Source: an uncultured Verrucomicrobiota bacterium (GTDB lineage: Bacteria; Verrucomicrobiota; Kiritimatiellia; JAAZAB01). From it: DNA of 64,000 bases. Positions within the stretch are counted from its first letter, which is position 1, and every line of letters starts with the position of its first letter. The notes under the pieces are model-generated. The model saw nothing but the letters and a program-made list of their open reading frames with translations. It was not told the origin of the DNA and made no database searches. A program made the translations under genes and the position numbers. The stretch covers positions 1,881 through 65,880 of the forward strand of contig CAZTWL010000024.1 in assembly GCA_964617825.1 (NCBI GenBank). The letters are read 5' to 3'. Positions 36,192 to 45,641 of the stretch are shown here, one piece after another.

Positions 36192-37745
36192 TTAGCGCGC
36201 ATACTCCACGCACCGTTTTTCGCGAATCACGGTCACCTTGATCTGGCCGGGATACTGCAGTTCCTGTTCGATTTTCTTGCTGATGTCCCGGGCCAGGTGC
36301 ATGGCCGCGGCATCATCCACCTTTTCCGGGACGACGATGACCCGCACCTCGCGCCCGGCCTGGATGGCGTAGCATTTTTCCACGCCGCCGAAGCTGCTCG
36401 CGATGGTTTCCAGCTGTTCCAGACGTTTGACGTATACGGCGGTCGTTTCGGCGCGCGCGCCCGGCCGGGACGCCGAAATGGCGTCCGCCGCGGCGGAGAG
36501 CACCGCATAAATGCTTTCCGGCTCCACGTCGGCATGGTGGGCCGCGACGGCATTGACCAGCAGTTGCGGCTCATTATGGCGTTTGAGGAAATCGGCGCCG
36601 ATAACGGCGTGGCTGCCCTCAACTTCGCTGTCCAACGCCTTGCCGATGTCGTGAAACAGGCCGATACGCTTGGCCAGCATGATATCCAGATCCATTTCGC
36701 CGGCCATGATGCCCATGAGGTGCGCGACCTCGATCGAATGCATGAGCACATTCTGCGCATAACTACTCCGGTATTTCAGGCGCCCCAAGGTCCGCACCAG
36801 GTCGGGGTCCACGCCCTGGAGGCCAAGCGTGTAAATCGCCTCTTCGCCGGCAACGCGGACAAGGTCCGCCATTTCCTCCTTTACCTTGGAGACCACTTCC
36901 TCGATCCGGGCGGGATGAATACGGCCATCCATGATCAGGCGCTCCAGGGATTGCTTGGCAATTTCGCGCCGCAAGGGATCGAAAGCGGAAATAACCACGG
37001 CCTCCGGCGTATCGTCCACGAGCAGGTCCACGCCGGTCGCCGCTTCCAGCGCCCGGATATTGCGGCCTTCGCGCCCGATGATGCGGCCTTTCAGATCGTC
37101 GCTGGGCAACGCAACCGTACTGGTCATAAGCTCGCTGAAATGCCCGCTGGAAAATCGCTGGATCGCCAGGGCCAGGATTTTCTTGGCTTCGCGCTCAGAC
37201 GTTTCCTTGGCCTCCTCCTGCAGGCGGCGGACAAGCATGCCGGTTTCGCCGCGCACCTCTTCCTCGATGCGGGAGATCAACACCCGCCGCGCCTCTTCCA
37301 GGGTCATGCCGGCAATACGCTGAAGTTTTTCGCGTTCGGTTTTCACCAGGTTCTGGTATTCCTCGCGCTGCTGGTTGACTTCCGCCTCCTTCTTTTCGAT
37401 TTCAGCCACCTTTTGTTCGACCTGCTGGTATTTCTTGTCGATCATGGACACCTTGCGGTCCAGGTTCAACTCACGCTGGGCGGAACGTTCCTCCAAGGCG
37501 GCAATTTCCTGGCGGCGAGTCTTGATCGTGACTTCGAACTCCTCGCGCGCCTTGAGCACCGCCTCCTTGGCCTGGAGGCCGGCCCCCTGACGAATGGACT
37601 CCGCCTCGCGCCGGGCATCGCTCAACATCCGGTCCGAATCCTGTTCGCTCGATTTAACCGCATACCGACCAATGATCAGGCGGACGTAATAGCCCAGCGC
37701 CGCCGCCAACATCACCACAAATGCGCCGATCCACCATTGTGTCAT
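36192..37745 (-). CDS. rny: ribonuclease Y
   Basis: ATG 37745 with a GGAGGA SD. N-terminal TM helix, a coiled-coil, a KH domain (IIGREGRNIRALE) and an HD domain (HSIEVAHLMGIMA..LFHDIGK). Confidence 0.9.
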   Translation of the reverse strand: MTQWWIGAFVVMLAAALGYYVRLIIGRYAVKSSEQDSDRMLSDARREAESIRQGAGLQAKEAVLKAREEFEVTIKTRRQEIAALEERSAQRELNLDRKVSMIDKKYQQVEQKVAEIEKKEAEVNQQREEYQNLVKTEREKLQRIAGMTLEEARRVLISRIEEEVRGETGMLVRRLQEEAKETSEREAKKILALAIQRFSSGHFSELMTSTVALPSDDLKGRIIGREGRNIRALEAATGVDLLVDDTPEAVVISAFDPLRREIAKQSLERLIMDGRIHPARIEEVVSKVKEEMADLVRVAGEEAIYTLGLQGVDPDLVRTLGRLKYRSSYAQNVLMHSIEVAHLMGIMAGEMDLDIMLAKRIGLFHDIGKALDSEVEGSHAVIGADFLKRHNEPQLLVNAVAAHHADVEPESIYAVLSAAADAISASRPGARAETTAVYVKRLEQLETIASSFGGVEKCYAIQAGREVRVIVVPEKVDDAAAMHLARDISKKIEQELQYPGQIKVTVIREKRCVEYAR

Positions 37746-37785
37746 AATTTCCTCCAGCCCAAAAACGCTTGCGCGTCCGGGCAAC

Positions 37786-38418
37786 TTATTGCGTTATTTT
37801 TCTGGCGCGAACCTGGCCGGTCTTCCTCCGGTACACTTTCAGTTCGGTCGCCACCGCGTTCAAGCGAACATCATGCGCTTCCATTGGAACGCGGGCCATC
37901 ATCTGACATTCCAGCGCCAACCCAACCTTGAAGGCCTTTTGCAGGGCCTTTCCGGCCAGCAGACGGTCATAATGGCCGCCGCCGTGGCCAAGTCGACCTC
38001 CGGCACGGTCGAACGCCACTCCCGGCGTCACCACCAGATCCACGCCTGTGGGCCGCGGCCGATTGGGCGCAGTCCGAACGGGTGTCGTCCACCGCGGGCG
38101 GACGGGCTCGGGCACGGCCCAGCGGCCGGTCTTCACAAGATCGCCAGGCCGAAGACCCGCCAAATCGTAACACGCTGTCTTTTTACGATAAGCCGGCACC
38201 AACACATGTTTGCCGGCTTTCCAGCAGGCCGCCACCAAAATGCGGGTCTGGACCTCGGTCGGCAAAGCCAGATACAGACAAACCCGCCGCGCCGCCATCC
38301 ATTCCGGAATTTGCATTAATGCATTTTGAATCCGCACGCTGACCTGCCGGATACGCCGCGGGGCCAAAGCTGAGCGCCGGGCCTTCATTTTCGCACGAAT
38401 GGATTCTTTCTGCATCAT
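37786..38418 (-). CDS. 5-formyltetrahydrofolate cyclo-ligase
   Basis: Motifs LVVTPGVAFDRAGGRLGHGGGHYDRLL and the general layout match MTHFS/YgfA. The ATG lies 18 nt after the rarA stop; an alternative TTG start is at 38427. Confidence 0.85.
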   Translation of the reverse strand: MMQKESIRAKMKARRSALAPRRIRQVSVRIQNALMQIPEWMAARRVCLYLALPTEVQTRILVAACWKAGKHVLVPAYRKKTACYDLAGLRPGDLVKTGRWAVPEPVRPRWTTPVRTAPNRPRPTGVDLVVTPGVAFDRAGGRLGHGGGHYDRLLAGKALQKAFKVGLALECQMMARVPMEAHDVRLNAVATELKVYRRKTGQVRARKITQ

Positions 38419-38435
38419 AAACGACAATCCGATCG

Positions 38436-39974
38436 CTAATCTTTTTTTGCTCTCCGCCAGCCGCTGTTTGAGGCTTGTCCTCCGGAGTTCCCAGGCGCAG
38501 CGGGATTTGGCGTTTCACCGTCGTTCACAGGGCTGGGACAGCCGGATTTTTGTCCGTCATCCGTTGCCGGCTGTTTGTTGTCTTTTTGACGCCGCCCGTC
38601 CCTGGCCTTTTGACGCAACTGGTCCCACTGCGCCAGGCGTTGTTTCAAGGTGTCCTCGTACCCCTGATTAGTCGGCTCGTAATACACCGCGGAAGTCGGC
38701 AGATAGACTTGGTCCACAAAATGATCCTGATAGTCGTGGGCGTACTGATAACCGGTATGGCCAAGGCGTTTGGCCCCCTGGTAGCTCGAACCTCGCAGAG
38801 GTTTCGGGACCGGGAGGACGCGACCTTCCTTGATATCGCCGAGCGCTTTTTCGACCGCCAGATAGGCCGCATTGCTCTTGGGAGCGCAGGCCAGATAGGT
38901 CGTGACGTGCGAAAGGATGATCCGGGCTTCCGGCATGCCGACGAATTCCACGGCATGCAGTCCCGCCACGGCCATAAGCAGGCCGCGCGGGTCGGCATTG
39001 CCGATATCTTCCGAGGCCAGAATGATCAGGCGCCGGGCGATGAAGCGCGGATCCTCGCCGGCATAGATCATCTTGGCCAGCCAATACACGGCGGCGTGGG
39101 GATCGGAGCCCCGCACGCTTTTAATGAAGGCGGATATCGTATCGTAATGGCCGTCGTCGTCGCGGTCATAGACCACGGCTTTTTTCTGAATGGAATCCTC
39201 GGTAATGGCGCGGGTAATATGGATGCGTCCCTCGGCGTCCGGCGGCGTCGTCAGCGCGGCGATTTCGAGGGCATTGAGCGCCCGCCGCGCATCGCCTTCG
39301 CAAACTCGCGCCAGATGCGCGAGCGCATCGTCATCGGCATCCACCGGCAACCCGCCCTGTCCCGCCTGCCCGGCCGCAGCGGTTTTGTGCAGCGGTGAAA
39401 CCGCCGTGGGACCCAGTCCGCGCGCATCGGTCAGCGCGCGGCGCAGGAGCGCGACAATGACTTCCTCCGCCAGAGGTTGCAGCTCGAAAATCTGGGAGCG
39501 GGAAGTGAGCGGACTATTGACGAAGAAAAAGGGATTATGGGTCGTGGCGCCGATCAGGACGATGGAACCATCTTCCACATAGGGCAACAGGATATCCTGC
39601 TGTGATTTATTGAAATGGTGGATTTCGTCAAGGAACAGGATTGTCTGCACGCCTTCGCGGCGGCGGCGTTCAAAAGCCATTTGCAAAAGGTCGCGCAGGA
39701 CGGCCACGTTGGCCAGGACCCCGCTTGATTTTTCGAAATGCCGGTGGGTAACCAGGGCAATGACTTCCGCCAGCGACGTCTTGCCGCAACCAGGAGGGCC
39801 GTAGAGGATCAAACTGGCCAGGCGATCGGATTCGATGGCCCGCCGTAAAAGTTTGCCGGGACCCAGAATATGGTCCTGGCCGGCAATTTCCGCCAAAGTC
39901 TGCGGGCGCATCCGGGCAGCCAGCGGCGGGCGGGCGCCGGACGTCTCGGAATTGTTCTTGTTGAAGAGGTCCAT
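38436..39974 (-). CDS. rarA: replication-associated recombination protein A (AAA+ ATPase)
   Basis: RPQTLAEIAGQDHILGPGKLLRRAIE..LILYGPPGCGKTSLAEVIA (Walker A), FLDEIHHFNK, and a MgsA_C-like region. It has a ~70-aa low-complexity C-terminal tail. Confidence 0.9.
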   Translation of the reverse strand: MDLFNKNNSETSGARPPLAARMRPQTLAEIAGQDHILGPGKLLRRAIESDRLASLILYGPPGCGKTSLAEVIALVTHRHFEKSSGVLANVAVLRDLLQMAFERRRREGVQTILFLDEIHHFNKSQQDILLPYVEDGSIVLIGATTHNPFFFVNSPLTSRSQIFELQPLAEEVIVALLRRALTDARGLGPTAVSPLHKTAAAGQAGQGGLPVDADDDALAHLARVCEGDARRALNALEIAALTTPPDAEGRIHITRAITEDSIQKKAVVYDRDDDGHYDTISAFIKSVRGSDPHAAVYWLAKMIYAGEDPRFIARRLIILASEDIGNADPRGLLMAVAGLHAVEFVGMPEARIILSHVTTYLACAPKSNAAYLAVEKALGDIKEGRVLPVPKPLRGSSYQGAKRLGHTGYQYAHDYQDHFVDQVYLPTSAVYYEPTNQGYEDTLKQRLAQWDQLRQKARDGRRQKDNKQPATDDGQKSGCPSPVNDGETPNPAAPGNSGGQASNSGWRRAKKD

Positions 39975-39996
39975 GCCTTACCCTGAAAATGAATAC

Positions 39997-40047
39997 CCCA
40001 CCTTGGCCGTGACGGAGTCAAGCTCTGTTCCGAAGAACAAAGGTGGG
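39997..40047 (-). other. nested RNA helix in the rarA 5' leader (8-bp CCCACCUU/AAGGUGGG enclosing a UGUUC-UUCG-GAACA tetraloop hairpin)
   Basis: Perfect complementarity between 39997-40004 and 40040-40047. The inner 5-bp stem with a UUCG loop is at 40026-40039. On the minus-strand RNA it is followed by UAUUCAUUUUC, about 22 nt before the rarA AUG. Confidence 0.25.
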
Positions 40048-40561
40048 CGCTTTAGCCTGTGGTTTCCAGATCCCAGAGATATTAAGGGCCCAAGGTCACC
40101 ACAGAATTCAAACACCCTGGCAGCATTATTAACGGGTCAGAGATTTGCCTCGTAACCACGAGCCAGGCAGGGTACTTCATTCAGGGCGAAGCGATTCAAT
40201 GTGCAGAACCGCTCCGGTAGGCTGTTAAAGAACAATGAGCGACTGATGGCGCGGATCTGGCGGCATGTTGTTCAACCCCAAAGCCCGGATTCGCCGATTG
40301 CGAACACCGCCTCCAGAGTACCACGCCACCGGTTTTGCTGTCACCGCTGCCACCAACAGGCCGCCCGGCCGCAAGCCGGCAGGCCCCATCGTCACAGACA
40401 TGGAATCCATGCCTGAAAAGAATCGCCATATATTCTGCAAACAGTCTTCTATGAATCCCAGCATACTGCCTGTCCCCTCACCGACGCGCCTCAAGGCCCG
40501 CTAAGGCCGGATGGCGCCGCCGTTATAATGCTTCCGTCATCGATCGTCTCGGCCGTTATCC

Positions 40562-43027
40562 TTACCTGATTTCCACGGATATTTCGGCCCGAAGCTGTGC
40601 CTTGATGGCCTCATGAAGCCGATTGACTTCGTCGTCCGTCAAGGTCCGGTCCCCGGACCGATAGGTCAAGGAGTAAGCCATACTCTTACAGCCTACACCC
40701 ATCTCATCAGGCTTGAATATATCAAATAGATCTACGTTTGTCAATTCCTTTGGCGCAATCTTCCAGATGGCATTGACAATGTCGCTGTGCCGCAAACGGT
40801 TATCGAGGCGCAGGGCAATATCGCGCGTAACCGAGGGATAAACCGGCAGGCGCGCCGCGGCGGGGACGGCGGTCACACGCTCCAGCAAAGGCGCCAAACG
40901 CATTTCCAAAACCGCCACGGGTTCCACCAGGCGCCACTCTTTGCGGAGCGTTGCACGTATCAGGCCAAAGACTCCGCAGGGCTTTCCATCCAGCAAGATC
41001 GCCAGGACCCGGCTCTTTTCGAAACAATCCAGGTCATAAAGCGCGGGAAGCATCGTCTCTGCCGTCAGCTCCTGGAAAGCAAGGCCGGCCGGCTGGTCCG
41101 CGCCCGCGGGACGCTCATCCACGCGAACGCATAACTTGCGGCAAAGGGCTTCCAAAATGCCCTTGAGCCACAGAAAACTATCGGTCTCCGCAAGCGCCGA
41201 GCGCTTGTCGTAGCCTGTCCGGCCGACCGGACCCATCAGGCCGATGGCCACATGCATATCTTCGGCATACGCTTTTTGATCGTCTTGATAAAACACGCGG
41301 CCGATTTCGAAAAAAGCGGCTTCGGCTATCTGGCGCGAGCGATTGCGGCCAAGCGTCTCGATCATCTGCGGCAAAAGCGCATCGCGCAGGATTGCCTGGT
41401 CAACGCTGATCGGGCGCGGCAACACTATGCGCTGGGCGGTCTGCGTGGCATCGCACAAGGCCAGCAGTTTCTCGGATACCAGGCTGTAATTCATGATCTC
41501 GGTCAGACCCAGCCCCGCTAGCGTGTTGCGACACAAGCTCGTGGCACGGATGAACGCGTCGTTGACGCCCGGCACGAAGCGGCTGCGCGGCAAGGCCGGC
41601 GGGATCTTGTCCAGGCCGTGCATGCGCGCCACTTCCTCAATCAGGTCAACCTCGGCTTCCAAGTCCGGGCGAAAAGTCGGAATTTTCACCGTACAGCTTT
41701 TTTTATCGCGATCCACAACGGGCAAGGCCAGGGATTCGAACAGGTCTGTAATCTTGCTGTCCGCAATATTCACGCCCAACAGGTCGCGGACACGATCGAA
41801 ACGGCAGACAATGCTCCGATCCCTGGGTTCCACGGGATAACAGTCCAACGCCCCTTGGGCCGCCGTGGCCCCGGAATGCGCAACCATGAGCGCCGCCGCC
41901 CGGCGGCTGGCCCAATCTGCGCCGCCAATATCCACGCCGCGTTCGAAGCGGTAAGAAGATTCCGAGGAAAGGCCCAGAGTCCTGGAAGTTTTGCGGATCA
42001 GCGCGGGCTTGAAGCAGGCGCTTTCCAGGACAACATCGCGCGTGGTGTCGAGAATGCCGCTTTGGGCTCCGCCCATGACCCCGGCAACGGCCACGGGCGT
42101 CCGGGCATCGGCAATGACCAGCATGTCCGGCGTCAGCTTGCGTTCCACACCGTCCAAGGTTGCCATGGCTTCATCCTGGCGCGCCCGGCGCACAACGATG
42201 CGTTGTTCCGCCAGCAGGGAAAGATCGAAAGCATGCAGGGGCTGGCCGCACTCGAGCATAACGTAATTGGTAATATCCACGATATTGTTAATTGGCCGGA
42301 TGCCGCAGCGCGCCAGGCGCAGGCGCATGGCCAGCGGGCTCGGGCCGATCTTTACGCCTCGCAGGAGCCGGGCGGTGTAACGCGGGCAGCCCTCCGCATC
42401 CTCGACCGCCACGGTTAACGCGCCGGCCGCCGGAGCGCCGGTTTCCGGAAACTGGATGGAAGGCAGGTTCAGCCGGCAGCCATACAGGGCCGCCACTTCG
42501 CGGGCAATGCCAAGCATGCTCAGGCAATCGGGACGGTTCGGCGTGACCTCGATCGTCAGCACAACGTCTGGTCCGCCCACAACCTCGCTCAAGGGCGTGC
42601 CCGCGGGAATCTCGCGCGGCAATTGCATGAGCCCGGCATGGTCCTCCGAAAGCCCGAGCTCGTCCTCGGCGCAGAGCATGCCGAAGGAGGCTTCGCCGCG
42701 GATTTTGGCGCTCTTGATTTTTGTGCCGTCCGGCAGCACCGTGCCGACGGCGGCGAACGGCGCCTTGTCGCCGGCATTGACATTCGGCGCGCCGCAGACC
42801 ACCCGCAGTGTTCCGGTCCCGGTGGCCACGTCACACAGTGTCAGCCGGTCGGCATTCGGATGCCGGTTGACGCTGACGATTTCACCGACAACGATATCCT
42901 TGAAATCGGATCCGACGCGGGCCAGACCTTCAATTTCCAGCCCGGCGAACGTCAGCCGCTCGGCAAGGGCCTCGGGAGTGACGTCGATCGCCACAAATTC
43001 TTTCAACCAACTCAAGGGAACTTTCAT
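40562..43027 (-). CDS. pheT: phenylalanine--tRNA ligase beta subunit
   Basis: The MKVPLSWLKEF start is canonical for PheT. It has tRNA-binding, B3/4, B5 and FDX-ACB regions. The ATG at 43027 follows AGGTG. Confidence 0.95.
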   Translation of the reverse strand: MKVPLSWLKEFVAIDVTPEALAERLTFAGLEIEGLARVGSDFKDIVVGEIVSVNRHPNADRLTLCDVATGTGTLRVVCGAPNVNAGDKAPFAAVGTVLPDGTKIKSAKIRGEASFGMLCAEDELGLSEDHAGLMQLPREIPAGTPLSEVVGGPDVVLTIEVTPNRPDCLSMLGIAREVAALYGCRLNLPSIQFPETGAPAAGALTVAVEDAEGCPRYTARLLRGVKIGPSPLAMRLRLARCGIRPINNIVDITNYVMLECGQPLHAFDLSLLAEQRIVVRRARQDEAMATLDGVERKLTPDMLVIADARTPVAVAGVMGGAQSGILDTTRDVVLESACFKPALIRKTSRTLGLSSESSYRFERGVDIGGADWASRRAAALMVAHSGATAAQGALDCYPVEPRDRSIVCRFDRVRDLLGVNIADSKITDLFESLALPVVDRDKKSCTVKIPTFRPDLEAEVDLIEEVARMHGLDKIPPALPRSRFVPGVNDAFIRATSLCRNTLAGLGLTEIMNYSLVSEKLLALCDATQTAQRIVLPRPISVDQAILRDALLPQMIETLGRNRSRQIAEAAFFEIGRVFYQDDQKAYAEDMHVAIGLMGPVGRTGYDKRSALAETDSFLWLKGILEALCRKLCVRVDERPAGADQPAGLAFQELTAETMLPALYDLDCFEKSRVLAILLDGKPCGVFGLIRATLRKEWRLVEPVAVLEMRLAPLLERVTAVPAAARLPVYPSVTRDIALRLDNRLRHSDIVNAIWKIAPKELTNVDLFDIFKPDEMGVGCKSMAYSLTYRSGDRTLTDDEVNRLHEAIKAQLRAEISVEIR

Positions 43028-43091
43028 TGAGCACACCTATAAATTTATCGTCCCGCCGGGCTGGAGCGCCGGGGCCTAAAAGCCGCTGTCG

Positions 43092-44114
43092 CTAGCAGCC
43101 TAACTGCTCCAAGAACCGTTTATCGTTGTCATACAGAAGGCGGATATCGTGGATGCCGTAGCGAATCATGGCAATCCGTTCCACGCCCATGCCGAAAGCA
43201 TAGCCGGTGACCGCTTCCGGGTCATAGCCGACCTTGGCAAACACCTTGGGATTCACCATGCCGGCGCCGGAAATTTCGATCCACCCGCTTTGCTTGCAAA
43301 CGCGGCAGCCCTTGCCGCCGCAAACGTGGCAGGAGAAATCGTATTCCACGCTGGGTTCGGTAAAAGGGAAAAAGTGCGGCCGGAACCGGACCTTGACATC
43401 AGCCCCCATCATCCGCTGCGCAAAGCAGGTGATATCGCCCTTGAGATCGGCCATGGATACATGCCGGTCAACGTAAAGCCCCTCGATCTGATGAAAATTG
43501 GCGCTGTGGGTGGCATCGGTCGTATCGCGGCGATAGCACCGGCCGGGCGCAATGATGCGCACAGGCGGAGGACGACTTTCCATGACGCGGATTTGCACGG
43601 GTGAAGTTTGCGTGCGCAACAATTGGCCCGAGGCCAGCCAGAACGTGTCCTGCGTATCGCGGGAGGGGTGGTCATCCGGCGTGTTGAGCGCGTCAAAATT
43701 GTGATATTCAGTTTCGATATCCGGCCCGTCCGCCACGGAAAAGCCGAGGGTATCGAAAATATGGATGGCATCTTCGATGACCCGGCTGATCGGGTGGCGC
43801 GCGCCAAACGCGCGCCAGCGGCCTGGCAGGGTGGCGTCGAAACTATCCGCGGCGCCGGCCGCCGCCGTGGATTCGAGCGCTGCGCGCCGGGTTTCCAGGA
43901 GCGCGGCCAGTTCCTGCTTGAGCTCGTTGGCGTAACGGCCCATGGCCGGACGCTCGGCGGCTTCGGCGTCCTTGAGCCCTTTCATGATTTCCGGCAGGAG
44001 CCCCTTGCGGCCCAGGTACTTGATACGCACCTGTTCGAGCGACTCCGCCGTATCGGCGGCGCGGGCCTCGCCCAGCGCAGCTTCCTTCAATGCCAATATG
44101 TCCGTTGCTTTCAT
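43092..44114 (-). CDS. pheS: phenylalanine--tRNA ligase alpha subunit
   Basis: 340 aa. HPISRVIEDA, DDHPSRDTQDTFW, class II motifs FRPHFFPFTEPS and GAGMVNP..AFGMGVERIAM. Confidence 0.95.
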   Translation of the reverse strand: MKATDILALKEAALGEARAADTAESLEQVRIKYLGRKGLLPEIMKGLKDAEAAERPAMGRYANELKQELAALLETRRAALESTAAAGAADSFDATLPGRWRAFGARHPISRVIEDAIHIFDTLGFSVADGPDIETEYHNFDALNTPDDHPSRDTQDTFWLASGQLLRTQTSPVQIRVMESRPPPVRIIAPGRCYRRDTTDATHSANFHQIEGLYVDRHVSMADLKGDITCFAQRMMGADVKVRFRPHFFPFTEPSVEYDFSCHVCGGKGCRVCKQSGWIEISGAGMVNPKVFAKVGYDPEAVTGYAFGMGVERIAMIRYGIHDIRLLYDNDKRFLEQLGC

Positions 44115-44343
44115 GGTTGAGGCTATTCGTATAATTCAATTGATGCGCAAAGTCAAATCGGGAAATTATTTCCCATCGTCGTCTCCACGGCCATGTCATG
44201 TTTGTTTGCCGGTTATAGGCGCCAACCTTCGCGGATCGGGCAAGAATTTGGGTCGTATTACGCCAGCTTGCTTTTGGCAAAAATATCCGGCATCATTCGG
44301 CATTTGAAATTCTCTATTCAGCGTTTCATCAAGGGGAGGAGTC

Positions 44344-45597
44344 ATGGCCATTCAGGATTTCAAGTCCACCTACAAGACCATCATGGACGATCATTTCCCG
44401 CCGCGGCTGGAAATCAGTTTTGTTGATGGCGCCGCGCGTCAGACGCTCTGCTACGAAAAGGCCAGCTGGCTGATCGACGGCGTCAATAAGGGGCTGCGCT
44501 ACGGGGAGAATCCGGGGCAGGAAGCGGCCCTCTTCAAGCTGGTCAACGGCAACCTGCTCCTGGGCGAGGTGCATAGCATTCAGCCGGGACGTTATCTGGC
44601 CTCGGATGTCGAGCTGCTCCAGTCGGGCAAACATCCGGGCAAGACCAACATCACCGATGTGGATAACGCCCTGAATATCCTGCGCTACCTGATGGATACG
44701 CCCTGCGCGATCATTGTGAAACACAACAACCCGTGCGGGGTGGCCAAGGCCTCCACCCTGGCCGAGGCTTATGCCCGCGCCAATATTGCCGACCGCGTGG
44801 CCGCCTTCGGCGGGGCGATCGTCCTCAACCGTCCGGTGGACCGCGACACGGCGGAGCTGATCCTCCAACAGTACGCCGAGGTGGTGGCGGCCCCCGATTT
44901 TGCCGCCGGGGTCCTCGATTTATTCGCCAAAAAGAAAAACCTGCGCGTCATGCGCATCGCCAACATAGCGCGCCTGACCGAGTTCGCCGCCCAGCGTGTC
45001 GTGGACTTCAAAGCGCTGGTGGATGGCGGACTGGTTGCCCAATGGTCGTTCGTGCCGCAGACACGGAACAAAACACAGCTTCTGCCCGCCCAGGCCCTGT
45101 ACAAAGGCAAGGAATACAAGATCGACCGCCTGCCGACGGAAAAGGAATATGACGACCTGATTTTCGGCTGGCTGATCGAATGCGGCGTGACCAGCAATTC
45201 GGTCATTTTCGTCAAGGACGGCGTGACCGTCGGCATCGGCACCGGCGAGCAGGACCGGGTCGGCGTGGCGGAAATCGCCCGCGACAAGGCTTACCGCAAA
45301 CTGGCTGACCGGCTTTGCTGGGAACAGCAGAAAATCCCCTACAACAACCTGAAGGATGCAGGCATCAAGGCCGAAATCGACCGCGAGGTCAGCCGGCGCA
45401 AAGGCGGCCTCATCGGGAGCTGCATGGTTTCCGACGCCTTTTTCCCATTCCGCGACGGCGTCGACGTAGGCCTGCGCGAGGGGATTACCGCCGTGATCCA
45501 GCCGGGCGGTTCGGAGCGGGATTTCGAAAGCATCGAGGCCTGCAACGAAGCCAAGGTTGCCATGGTCTATACCGGTCAGCGCTGTTTCAAGCATTAA
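44344..45597 (+). CDS. purH: AICAR formyltransferase-domain protein (PurH-like, lacking the N-terminal IMP cyclohydrolase/MGS domain)
   Basis: 417 aa. The LRYGENPGQ motif sits at residue ~50, whereas it sits at ~220 in the canonical bifunctional PurH. Also [11 protein letters not shown] and the C-terminal [32 protein letters not shown]. Confidence 0.8.
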   Translation: MAIQDFKSTYKTIMDDHFPPRLEISFVDGAARQTLCYEKASWLIDGVNKGLRYGENPGQEAALFKLVNGNLLLGEVHSIQPGRYLASDVELLQSGKHPGKTNITDVDNALNILRYLMDTPCAIIVKHNNPCGVAKASTLAEAYARANIADRVAAFGGAIVLNRPVDRDTAELILQQYAEVVAAPDFAAGVLDLFAKKKNLRVMRIANIARLTEFAAQRVVDFKALVDGGLVAQWSFVPQTRNKTQLLPAQALYKGKEYKIDRLPTEKEYDDLIFGWLIECGVTSNSVIFVKDGVTVGIGTGEQDRVGVAEIARDKAYRKLADRLCWEQQKIPYNNLKDAGIKAEIDREVSRRKGGLIGSCMVSDAFFPFRDGVDVGLREGITAVIQPGGSERDFESIEACNEAKVAMVYTGQRCFKH

Positions 45598-45641
45598 GCA
45601 CAGGCAGGTAGATATTCATCCTCTGATCCAGAAAGGACCCC

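Noticed and set aside
36120-37931. 603-aa plus-strand ORF opposite rny
   Set aside because: rny is rich in Glu/Lys/Ala/Leu codons whose complements rarely give stops. The translation is a repetitive, low-complexity Leu/Phe/Gly/Arg-rich sequence with no motif.
39975-40561. RNase P RNA, tmRNA or SRP RNA in the pheT-rarA gap
   Set aside because: I looked on both strands for the conserved GGAAAGUCCGG / ACAGAACCCGGCUUA (RNase P), a GGUUCGAAUCC T-arm with CCA (tmRNA), and the GGAAGCAGCC-type SRP domain IV motif. None is present. Only a generic structured-RNA hypothesis is retained.
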